Positions 50,508 to 59,228 of a stretch of 64,000 bases of DNA are shown here, in pieces. Source of the DNA: Candidatus Poribacteria bacterium (GTDB lineage: Bacteria; Poribacteria; WGA-4E; PCPOR2b); NCBI GenBank assembly GCA_965208675.1, contig OZ242351.1, positions 3,488,001 to 3,552,000 on the forward strand, read 5' to 3'. The notes under the pieces were generated by a model. That model saw nothing but the letters and a program-made list of their open reading frames with translations, made no database searches and was not told where the DNA came from. Each line of letters begins with the position of its first letter. Position 1 is the first letter of the stretch. The translations under genes were made by a program, and so were the position numbers.

Positions 50508-50815
50508 GGCGCGCCTCCTTTAAGGTTTGTTCATTGTATCGTCAATCGTCTCTTTAATGCCTGCAATCAGTGCAGAGAATACCGCATCTATCCTCCGATG
50601 TCAACGCAAAATGGGGTTGATTCTGTTTCTCGGGTAGAGCTGAATGCGGTTATCCAAATGTTTTACTACCGTTGCCGTGTGACTTTCCAATTCCTTGAAT
50701 TGAGTTTAAAACGCATTGGATATATGCTATAATGCAGCAATTGGGAAATTTTGCTTGGTCTGGATGATTCAATTCCGTTAGAGCAACAGGGAAACGCGTG
50801 TCGTGGAGGCGTTAC

Positions 50816-53323
50816 ATGCAAGATTATCAACCGTTGGATATTTCCTCGTTTTGTAACGTTGGTCCTGAGGTGCTCGGTGAGAATGCCAATCCCGCGATGG
50901 GTGCGCAGACGTTTCACGGGCTGCCCTTCCAAATCGGCATGTCGAGGGAAACTGAGGAGAAGTGTTTTCTCGGTTTTGGTGAAGGCGTCAACACCGAGTC
51001 GATAGTCGTGCCGTTGAATGCTAGCCCGAAACGCATCATCGCGGCGCATCGCCTGCTTGAATCGAAAATCCTCGAGGGCGATCCCGTCGGACGTTTAGCC
51101 GCAAACTATATCTTTCGCTATGCGAACGGTGAAGAGATTTGTGCACCAATACGTGAACGCTTCGAAATCGCCGTTGTCCCGCCGGGATGGGGACAGTTTC
51201 CGTTTCTGGCATGGCCGGACCAAAAGGATGGACTACACCCCCGCGAAAGAGGGCATTGGGGCGAAACGGGATACCGCCAGACCGAGGCAACACAGGCGTG
51301 GCCCAACGACTACTATCTCTGGGTTTGGGAAAATCCGAATCCGTCGGAAACGATTGAATCCGTCCGAATCGTCCCCGAAGGGCCGAAATTTATAGTCGCC
51401 GCAATCACATTGGGGCACCTCGACGAAGATGTAATTCCCCGGACGGCGACCCGCGAAGTTAAAATCACATTGCCGCAGGCGGAAGACGCAGAGAAACCGT
51501 TTCGCATGGAAGTCGAGGTTGATCGCGGCGTCGCAACTTACCCCTATCCGTTGCCGGAGACACCGGCGGATCAGTTCCTTTGCGACGACCTCAAAGGATG
51601 GGGCGAAGCGCAAAACAACAAGAGCAGCCCCGCGTACGTTGAAGTATCGGCAACACCTTCTGCGACGGTCACAGTCTCGAATCGCGGTGAAACCTTAGGT
51701 GAGGTGAACTGGGGCGAATTGGAGCAAGGCGGCAGCGTCCAACCGAACTCGCGCTTGCAGGTGGAAATTATCGACACAGGCAGAAACTGGGTGCATACGA
51801 CGGTAGTCGATGATAAAACCGGCAAACCTGTGCCGTGCCGCGTCCACTTCCGCTCCGCGCAAGGCGTGCCTTACGCACCGCACGGGCATCACGCGCACGT
51901 CAACTCGAACATGGATACTTGGCATATCGACGTCGGCGGCGATGTTCGGCTTGGACAGATTAGCTACGCGTATATCGACGGCACCTGTCAGGGCTGGCTG
52001 CCGCGCGGCGAAGTTCTCGTTGATGTTGCACGGGGCTATGAATACGAACCGCTGCGGACTAAAATCGAGATTAAACCGGGGCAGCGCGAACTGACGCTGC
52101 GGCTGAAGCGCTGGTGCGACATGAATGCCGAACGCTACTTCAGCGGCGATACGCACGTCCACTTCCTTTCCACCCAAGGGTCGCATACCGAGGCGCGGGG
52201 TGAAGACCTCAACGTAGTCAATCTACTGCTTTCGCAGTGGGGGCATCTCTTTACCAACACCGAGGAGTTCATCGGGCGTCCTAACGTATCCGATGATGGA
52301 CGCAGTATCGTCTATGCGTCTCAGGAAAACCGCCAACATCTTCTGGGCCATCTCACGCTGCTTGGCTTGAAAAAACAGGTTAGCCCGTGGTGTTCCGACG
52401 GCCCCGGCGAAGCTGAACTGGGCGGAAATCTGGAAACCACGCTCTCGCACTGGGCGGACGCCTGCCACGAGCAGGGCGGCACGGTTATTCTGCCGCATAT
52501 TCCCGTTCCGAACTGTGAACCGGCAACCTTGATTGCAACCGGGCGCGTCGATGCGGTTGAATATCTGTTGGAAGCCATGTACGGGCATATCGAGTATTAC
52601 CGGTATCTCAATTGCGGTTATAAGCTGCCGTTGGTTGGCGGGACGGACAAGATGACGAGTAATGTGCCGGTCGGCATATACCGAACCTACGTCCATATCC
52701 CGGAAGACGAAGAGTTCAACTACGATAACTGGTGCAAGTATCTGAGTAGGGGCAACACTTTCCTCAGCGGCGGCCCCATTATTCGGCTAACCGTTGATGG
52801 GCAGCCGATTGGAAGCACGATTAAGCTGCCCGGCAACGGCGGCACGGTGGAAGTCGAAGCGTCGGCGGAATCAATCTTCCCCATTCACACACTGCAAATT
52901 ATCCAACAAGGCAAGGTCGTTGCCTCGACCGACGAACAAAAGGGCGCGCGGACGTTACGCCTCAAGGCAACCTTGGCAATTGACAAACACACGTGGATCG
53001 CAGCTCGCTGCGGCGGTCCCGGTTATACGCAAGCCGTTCCGCACCACGACGGCTGGGGACGCGGCATTATCGCGCATACATCCCCAATTTACATCGCTGT
53101 CGGCGGTGAATGGTGGATGTTCGATTCCGATGCGGCGAACTATATGTTGACGCTAATCGAAGGCGGATTGTCTTATATCCGCAGAACGGCGCACCACCAT
53201 CGACCGGGCAGCGTTACCCACCATCACGGGGAGGACGACCATATCGCTTTCCTCGAACGCCCATTCCAAGAAGCAAAAGAGGCGATTCACCGGCGGATGC
53301 ACCGGATGGGGATCCCGCACTAA
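50816..53323 (+). CDS. Large CehA/McbA-family PHP metallohydrolase
   Basis: RGYEYEP, FSGDTHVH, QENRQHLLGH, ILPH, YRYLNCG, VGGTD, RTYV and AHTSPIY. ATG follows GGAGG. Confidence 0.85.
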   Translation: MQDYQPLDISSFCNVGPEVLGENANPAMGAQTFHGLPFQIGMSRETEEKCFLGFGEGVNTESIVVPLNASPKRIIAAHRLLESKILEGDPVGRLAANYIFRYANGEEICAPIRERFEIAVVPPGWGQFPFLAWPDQKDGLHPRERGHWGETGYRQTEATQAWPNDYYLWVWENPNPSETIESVRIVPEGPKFIVAAITLGHLDEDVIPRTATREVKITLPQAEDAEKPFRMEVEVDRGVATYPYPLPETPADQFLCDDLKGWGEAQNNKSSPAYVEVSATPSATVTVSNRGETLGEVNWGELEQGGSVQPNSRLQVEIIDTGRNWVHTTVVDDKTGKPVPCRVHFRSAQGVPYAPHGHHAHVNSNMDTWHIDVGGDVRLGQISYAYIDGTCQGWLPRGEVLVDVARGYEYEPLRTKIEIKPGQRELTLRLKRWCDMNAERYFSGDTHVHFLSTQGSHTEARGEDLNVVNLLLSQWGHLFTNTEEFIGRPNVSDDGRSIVYASQENRQHLLGHLTLLGLKKQVSPWCSDGPGEAELGGNLETTLSHWADACHEQGGTVILPHIPVPNCEPATLIATGRVDAVEYLLEAMYGHIEYYRYLNCGYKLPLVGGTDKMTSNVPVGIYRTYVHIPEDEEFNYDNWCKYLSRGNTFLSGGPIIRLTVDGQPIGSTIKLPGNGGTVEVEASAESIFPIHTLQIIQQGKVVASTDEQKGARTLRLKATLAIDKHTWIAARCGGPGYTQAVPHHDGWGRGIIAHTSPIYIAVGGEWWMFDSDAANYMLTLIEGGLSYIRRTAHHHRPGSVTHHHGEDDHIAFLERPFQEAKEAIHRRMHRMGIPH

Positions 53324-53469
53324 GCATTAGGGATAAGGCCAATGCCGCCGTTTGAATGTGCGGCTTAGTCACCCCGCAGACAGCGATTTCCAGTGAACGA
53401 GACACATCACCGCACCGTTAAGGTTTAACGGTTGTTGCGCACACCTTTAAATCTGCCACCCCATTTTCC

Positions 53470-53498
53470 TTGACATTAACCACATCATTACATATAAT
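53470..53498 (+). promoter_or_regulatory. Consensus sigma70 promoter of the metal ABC operon
   Basis: TTGACA-N17-TATAAT. Confidence 0.85.
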
Positions 53499-53538
53499 TT
53501 AGTCATGCCTAAATTTTATTCAGGGGCATGCCTAATAG
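53496..53538. promoter_or_regulatory. DtxR/MntR/TroR-type operator(s)
   Basis: The imperfect palindrome AATTTAGTCATGCCTAAATT (TTAG-N6-CTAA) overlaps -10/+1. A second partial site GCATGCCTAATA follows. Confidence 0.7.
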
Positions 53539-53638
53539 TTTTTTTAGACTGCGCAGTGAATTGATAAAGCGTCCACATCATGACTATCAATTCGCACGGA
53601 GCGCGGTTTAAATCTTGACAGAAAGTGAAGTTGGTACA

Positions 53639-54568
53639 ATGCGTATCTTTGCATCTCTGCTGATAGTCGCCTCCATCGTGTTTTTTCCGGCTTGCGGGCA
53701 ACAGGATAAAGGGAAAAGTGCGGATCGGGTTGATGTTGTCGCAACAATCGGCATGATTGCCGACATCGCCCACATTGTGGGCGGCGATCATGCCAAAGTG
53801 ACTGCGCTCATGGGACCCGGTATTGATCCGCACCTGTACAAAGCGAGCGCGGGCGATGTCTCCCGCCTGTCAAACGCGGACATTATTTTCTACAACGGCT
53901 TGCATCTTGAAGCCAAACTGTCGGAGGTGTTAGCGCAAATGCCGGGACGCGCCAAAACCGTCGCCGTCACGGACGGGATCGACCGGTCGGCGCTGCTCAC
54001 GCCTCCGGAGTTTAAGGGTGCCTACGACCCCCACGTCTGGTTTGATGTTACGCTCTGGAAAAAGGCGGTCGAGGCGGTGCGCGACTCGCTAGTTGAAGCG
54101 GACGCCGATCACGCTGAAGACTACCGGCGAAATTCGGACGATTATCTCGCTAAGCTAGATGAACTCCACGAATACGTACAGACGCAAGCCTCGCGTCTGA
54201 CGCAAAATCAACGCGTATTGGTTACGGCTCATGACGCATTCAACTACTTTGGCAAGGCATACGGCTTCGAGGTGCGCGGACTTCAAGGCATCAGCACAGC
54301 CGCAGAAGCCGGCGCCGCAGATATACAAGCGTTGGCTGATTTCATTGCGCAAGCCCGTATCCCGGCGATGTTTGTTGAAACGTCGGTGTCGCCGCGTAAC
54401 ATTGAAGCTGTACAGGCGGCGGTCAAATCGAGAGGGTTCGACGTAAAAATTGGCGGTCAACTCTTCTCCGATGCCATGGGGAAAGCAGGCACGCCAGAGG
54501 GCACGTACATCGGTATGATTCGCCACAATATTGATACGATTGTGGAATCCCTCATGCCGGTTGAATAG
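53639..54568 (+). CDS. troA: Mn/Zn/Fe ABC transporter substrate-binding lipoprotein (TroA/MntA-type)
   Basis: Lipobox FPAC, GPGIDPHLY, NGLHLE, DPHVWFD, TAHDAFNYF and LFSDAMG. Confidence 0.85.
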   Translation: MRIFASLLIVASIVFFPACGQQDKGKSADRVDVVATIGMIADIAHIVGGDHAKVTALMGPGIDPHLYKASAGDVSRLSNADIIFYNGLHLEAKLSEVLAQMPGRAKTVAVTDGIDRSALLTPPEFKGAYDPHVWFDVTLWKKAVEAVRDSLVEADADHAEDYRRNSDDYLAKLDELHEYVQTQASRLTQNQRVLVTAHDAFNYFGKAYGFEVRGLQGISTAAEAGAADIQALADFIAQARIPAMFVETSVSPRNIEAVQAAVKSRGFDVKIGGQLFSDAMGKAGTPEGTYIGMIRHNIDTIVESLMPVE

Positions 54569-54632
54569 GTTTAACCACAACGATTCCTGACGCCTCCGTT
54601 CCGCAGCCGTGGATATCTTCATAGAGGGGAAA

Positions 54633-55454
54633 ATGGCAAATTTTTCTGGTTCTCTAGCGATTGAAGTCGAAGATCTTACAGTGGCTTACCGTGATGAACC
54701 GGTGCTTTGGGATGTCGATCTGAACGTACCCACCGGGGTTTTGATGGCGATAGTTGGACCCAACGGAGCTGGGAAAACAACGCTTATTAAAGTTATTTTG
54801 GGGTTAGTGGGTTCGGCAGCCGGGCGCGTCTCGATTTACGGGCAATCTTACGCCGCGCAGCGCCGGCTCGTGGGTTACGTGCCGCAACGAGGCAGCGTGG
54901 ATTGGGATTTCCCCACGAACGTGTTGGATGTGGTAATGATGGGGCGGTACGGCGCATTGGGTTGGATCCGCCGGCCGAAATCTAGAGAACGGACACTAGC
55001 CTTGGAAGCGCTTGAAAAAGTTGGTATGGAAGCGTTTGCATCTCGACAGATAAGCCAGCTCTCGGGCGGACAACAGCAGCGAGTTTTTCTCGCACGCGCA
55101 CTCATTCAAGACGCGCAGATTTATCTTATGGACGAGCCGTTTCAGGGCGTGGACGCGACGACTGAACGCGCAATTGTCTCTTTGCTGCAGGAGCTGCGGG
55201 CGGCGGGCAAAACGTTGGTTGTCGTCCACCACGACTTGCAAACCGTCGAAGACTACTTCGACTGGGTGACGCTGCTTAATGTACGGCGCATCGCCAGCGG
55301 ACCGGTCAATGAGGTATTTAACGAAAAGAATCTGCGGCTTACGTACGGCGGACGTGTAGCCTTCCTCAATCGAAACGGGAATGCGCACGACGAGACACAA
55401 ACTGCAACAAACCGGCCAAATAGCGAGCAAGCTAGCCGACAGGTGCGTGGCTGA
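54633..55454 (+). CDS. troB: Metal ABC transporter ATP-binding protein (TroB/MntB-type)
   Basis: [26 protein letters not shown] and VHHDL. Confidence 0.85.
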   Translation: MANFSGSLAIEVEDLTVAYRDEPVLWDVDLNVPTGVLMAIVGPNGAGKTTLIKVILGLVGSAAGRVSIYGQSYAAQRRLVGYVPQRGSVDWDFPTNVLDVVMMGRYGALGWIRRPKSRERTLALEALEKVGMEAFASRQISQLSGGQQQRVFLARALIQDAQIYLMDEPFQGVDATTERAIVSLLQELRAAGKTLVVVHHDLQTVEDYFDWVTLLNVRRIASGPVNEVFNEKNLRLTYGGRVAFLNRNGNAHDETQTATNRPNSEQASRQVRG

Positions 55455-55466
55455 CGGAGATAGGAA

Positions 55467-56594
55467 ATGCCCTTTCTGGAACTAGGCAGAGACCTGTTCT
55501 ACGATTATACCTTACGCACAGTGGCAATGGGTTCTGCGGCGCTCGGCGTGGTGAGCGGCGCACTCGGCGCTTATGCGGTGCTGCGGAAACAGAGTTTGTT
55601 GGGAGACGCAATTTCTCATGCGGCGCTGCCCGGTATAGCGCTGGCGTTCCTCTTGACGCAGAGCAAAGCCCCTCTTGTGCTTGTGTTCGGCGCGGCGATA
55701 GCCGGATGGATTGGAACACTTCTTGTGATTAGCATTGTCAACAATACGCGAATCAAAGAGGACACCGCACTCGGTTTGGTGTTGTCGGTATTCTTCGGTA
55801 CGGGTTTGGTCTTGCTTACCTTCATTCAGAAGATGCCGACCGCGAAGCAATCCGGACTGGACACTTTCCTGTTCGGACAAGCGGCTGCGCTCATGGAGCG
55901 TGACGTGATTACGATGGTTACTCTGGGAGGAATCAGCCTTTTCGTTATGCAACTCTTTTGGAAGGAGTTTAAGCTGCTGTGCTTCGATTCAAATTTCGGC
56001 GCAAGCCTCGGTTTCCCGATGCGAATCCTTGATGTTCTTTTGATTACGCTCCTCGTTGCAGCGATTGTAATAGGACTGCAGACGGTTGGTGTGGTATTGA
56101 TGAGCGCCATGATTGTTGCGCCCGCCGCCGCCGCACGGCAGTGGACAGATCGGCTCGGCGCCATGGTTGCACTCTCAGCCACATTTGGCGCGATTGCCGG
56201 AGTGTGCGGCGCGGTTATCAGCAGCAGTATGGCTCGTATGCCGACAGGCCCCACCATCGTGCTATGTATCAGCGCCATCGTGGTGGCGTCAATCACCATC
56301 GCACCCAATCGCGGGCTTGTGTGGAATTGGATACGCAATCAACGTGAACGCCGAAAACTACAGATTGAAGTCGTGTTGAACAATCTCTACGCGCTCGCTT
56401 CGCAGCATGCTGACCTCCAACATAGCCATTCGATTGCTGTATTGGGTACGATGAGCGCAAACCGCAGCAACGTCCGTAACAGCCTCAAAGAGTTATCATC
56501 ACGGGGCTGGGTTGAGCGGGTTAGTTCCGATGAATGGGCGTTAACGCCGGAAGGGATTGTTCAAGCGCAACAGATTGCCGATCGGGGGAGGTGA
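55467..56594 (+). CDS. troC: Metal ABC transporter permease (TroC-type) with C-terminal wHTH-like extension
   Basis: SLLGDAISHAALPG, FLFGQAA, KEFKLLCFD and GLQTVG. Tail LKELSSRGWVE...LTPEG. Confidence 0.8.
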   Translation: MPFLELGRDLFYDYTLRTVAMGSAALGVVSGALGAYAVLRKQSLLGDAISHAALPGIALAFLLTQSKAPLVLVFGAAIAGWIGTLLVISIVNNTRIKEDTALGLVLSVFFGTGLVLLTFIQKMPTAKQSGLDTFLFGQAAALMERDVITMVTLGGISLFVMQLFWKEFKLLCFDSNFGASLGFPMRILDVLLITLLVAAIVIGLQTVGVVLMSAMIVAPAAAARQWTDRLGAMVALSATFGAIAGVCGAVISSSMARMPTGPTIVLCISAIVVASITIAPNRGLVWNWIRNQRERRKLQIEVVLNNLYALASQHADLQHSHSIAVLGTMSANRSNVRNSLKELSSRGWVERVSSDEWALTPEGIVQAQQIADRGR

Positions 56595-56604
56595 TCCTGT
56601 TCAT

Positions 56605-57714
56605 ATGTCCCTCGAAGGGTTACAGATTCAACTGATTGCGGCTGTCGTTGCGGCGGCATGCGCCTTGCCGGGTGTGTTCCTCGTATTGCGCCGTATGGCG
56701 ATGATGAGCGATGCGATTAGCCACGCTATTCTCCCCGGGATTGTTCTTGCTTTCTTCATTACTAAAAATCTTTCATCGCCAATCTTAATTGTTGCGGCGG
56801 CGGCTACCGGCGTGCTAACCGTAAGTTTAGTTGAGCTGCTCAACCGCACGAGACTTGTCAATGTAGATGCCGCTATCGGCATCACATTTCCCGCCCTTTT
56901 CAGCATTGGCGTGATTCTCATCGCCCGCTACGCGGAAAATGTGCATCTTGACACCGACGCCGTGCTATTAGGCGAACTGGCTTTTGCGGCGTTTTACCGT
57001 GTAGCGTTCTTTGGCGTGGACATCGGACCTCGCGCGTTTTGGGCAATGGCTGCAATTCTCATCATCAACATCGCCTTCATCAAGTTTTTCTATAAAGAAC
57101 TGAAGTTGGCGACCTTCGATGCAGGCTTGGCTGCAACGCTCGGTTTCTCTCCCGGACTGATTCACTACGGTTTAATGACACTGGTTTCAATCACAATCGT
57201 CGGAGCGTTCGACGCTGTCGGGTCAATTTTGGTGGTTGCATTGATGATTGCGCCGCCCGCTACGGCTTATCTGCTCACCGACCGGTTATCTCGCATGATA
57301 TGGCTTAGCGGCGCATTTGGTATTGCCAGTGGGATATCTGGATACTGGCTTGCACTCTATCTAGATGCTTCCATAGCGGGTTCGATGGCGATGATGGCGG
57401 GCGTCTTCTTTAGTTTGGCGTTTCTGTTTGCACCGTGCCGCGGTATCGTTGCCATCGCCCACCGCCGGATAAGCCAACGGTGGGAATTTGCGCAGACGAT
57501 GCTCGCGATACACCTTTTTAGCCACGAAGGATTGCCCGAGGCGGAGCGAGAATCGCACGTTTATCACCTCAGCAGCCATCTCCACTGGGAACCGGATTTT
57601 GCCCGGCAGGTGGTCAGAAACGCCGAACGCCGCGGCTTTATTCGCAATCACGGCGGCCGATTGGATTTAACCGACCAGGGACGCGAGATGGCGCAGTTAG
57701 CCCTAGTGGAATAG
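56605..57714 (+). CDS. troD: Metal ABC transporter permease (TroD-type) with C-terminal wHTH-like extension
   Basis: MMSDAISHAILPG, VHLDTDAVLLGE, KELKLATFD and AFDAVG. His-rich tail ending RRGFI...LTDQG. Confidence 0.8.
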   Translation: MSLEGLQIQLIAAVVAAACALPGVFLVLRRMAMMSDAISHAILPGIVLAFFITKNLSSPILIVAAAATGVLTVSLVELLNRTRLVNVDAAIGITFPALFSIGVILIARYAENVHLDTDAVLLGELAFAAFYRVAFFGVDIGPRAFWAMAAILIINIAFIKFFYKELKLATFDAGLAATLGFSPGLIHYGLMTLVSITIVGAFDAVGSILVVALMIAPPATAYLLTDRLSRMIWLSGAFGIASGISGYWLALYLDASIAGSMAMMAGVFFSLAFLFAPCRGIVAIAHRRISQRWEFAQTMLAIHLFSHEGLPEAERESHVYHLSSHLHWEPDFARQVVRNAERRGFIRNHGGRLDLTDQGREMAQLALVE

Positions 57715-57737
57715 ACCGTATCATCCGGATTTTTTGC

Positions 57738-57766
57738 TTGATCTTGGTATTCTCATCACCTATAAT
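57738..57766 (+). promoter_or_regulatory. Putative sigma70 promoter
   Basis: TTGATC-N17-TATAAT upstream of the MEMO1-family gene. Confidence 0.55.
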
Positions 57767-57893
57767 CTTCACGCCTTCTTCAAATTTATAAACCTGCTTC
57801 ATACGAGTACAAGCCCTCTGGCAGCGAGAAAGGACGCATGAAGATTTACGGCGGGGATTTCGACTAATACAATCTGAACCCCTCCATCAGGCG

Positions 57894-59132
57894 ATGCTTA
57901 TAGATTATCCCAAACTCCGTCCCATCGAAATTTTCCCGGTAGAAGCCGAAGGGCGCCAGCTATTGTGCCTTCGGGACGCTTTTCAGTACGTTTCTGAACC
58001 CATCTTTGTTCCCCGTGAAATGCTTCCGATTCTGCAATATTTTGATGGACAACACTCCATCGTAGATATACAGGCGGAGTATGCCCGTAAGACCGGTGAA
58101 ATATTGTTCAGCAATGTGATTACAAAAATTGCTGAAGAATTGGATGCTCACTTGATGATGGATAGTGAGAAATTCCGTGAATATAGACAAGAATTGGAAA
58201 GGGAGGTTCGAGAACAGAAAACCCGTCCCGCCGCCCACGCGGGCAGTGCATATCCAAGCGATGCCGACGAACTCAAAGCGCAGTTGACGGGCTACTTTCA
58301 ACCGCCGGATGGGCCTGGACTGCCAAACGCGCCAGCCGAACCAGATAATTCGTTGGTAGGTGTAATCGCGCCGCACATTGATTTGCGGCGCGGCGGGCCG
58401 TGTTTCGCACACGCTTACAAGGAGATTGCCGAGCGGTCCGCTGCGGAAATTTTCGTCATCCTCGGCGTCAAGCACACCGGCGGGAACGGCATGTACACAG
58501 CGACGTATAAGGATTTTGAAACACCGTTAGGGGCAGCAAAGACGGATATCGACTTCATTGATCTGATACGGCAGCATTACGGCGGGGATTTGTTGGAGGA
58601 TGAGTTTTTTCATAGGAACGAACACTCCATTGAGTTTCAGACTGTATTTCTGCAATCTCTGTTTGGCGAAACCCGGCGTTTCCAAATTGTCCCGATTATA
58701 TGCAACTCCTTTGATCCGCTGTTGATTAACGGGAAACACCCGCGCGATGAACCGTCCGTACAAGGATTTATCGAAGGATTAAAGCGCGCAATCGAGGCGA
58801 GCGGTACTTCAGTCTGTATTATCGCGAGCGTCGATTTGAGCCATATTGGCAGTGGATTTGGGGACGGCTTTCGGCTTGATACGCCCGCGCTGCAGCGCAT
58901 TCGAGCGTCGGACCTGGAAATGCTCGGTGCGGCAGAGCGCAGGGATTCTGGTGCCTTCTTGGAGACGATTCAACGCACGAAAAACCGGCAGCGGGTCGAT
59001 GGTGTGTGCCCGATTTATACGCTCCTTGAAACGCTGAATCCGGCCTCCGGGAAGCTGCTGCGATATGAGCAGGGACTCGAACCGGAGGCGAACTCGGTTG
59101 TGACGTTTGCAAGTATGGGGTTTTTTGCGTGA
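57894..59132 (+). CDS. AmmeMemoRadiSam system protein B (MEMO1 family) with N-terminal extension
   Basis: RPAAHAGSAYP, IAPHID, FETPLG, HRNEHSIEFQ and ASVDLSHIG. Confidence 0.88.
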   Translation: MLIDYPKLRPIEIFPVEAEGRQLLCLRDAFQYVSEPIFVPREMLPILQYFDGQHSIVDIQAEYARKTGEILFSNVITKIAEELDAHLMMDSEKFREYRQELEREVREQKTRPAAHAGSAYPSDADELKAQLTGYFQPPDGPGLPNAPAEPDNSLVGVIAPHIDLRRGGPCFAHAYKEIAERSAAEIFVILGVKHTGGNGMYTATYKDFETPLGAAKTDIDFIDLIRQHYGGDLLEDEFFHRNEHSIEFQTVFLQSLFGETRRFQIVPIICNSFDPLLINGKHPRDEPSVQGFIEGLKRAIEASGTSVCIIASVDLSHIGSGFGDGFRLDTPALQRIRASDLEMLGAAERRDSGAFLETIQRTKNRQRVDGVCPIYTLLETLNPASGKLLRYEQGLEPEANSVVTFASMGFFA

Positions 59133-59228
59133 AACGAGATTCGCCGCGCTTCTCTCGTGAATTGGCGTACCCTAAAGACGCCGGATAACATACGACAATC
59201 TTACCCCCACCATGAATTTAGGAACATA

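Noticed and set aside
53414-53432. Palindrome ACCGTTAA-GGT-TTAACGGT as terminator or operator
   Set aside because: No U-tract and only a single occurrence, so no function can be assigned.
53615-53640. TTGACA...TACAAT promoter at the troA start
   Set aside because: The spacer is only 14 nt and the -10 overlaps the ATG. A perfect promoter exists at 53470-53498.
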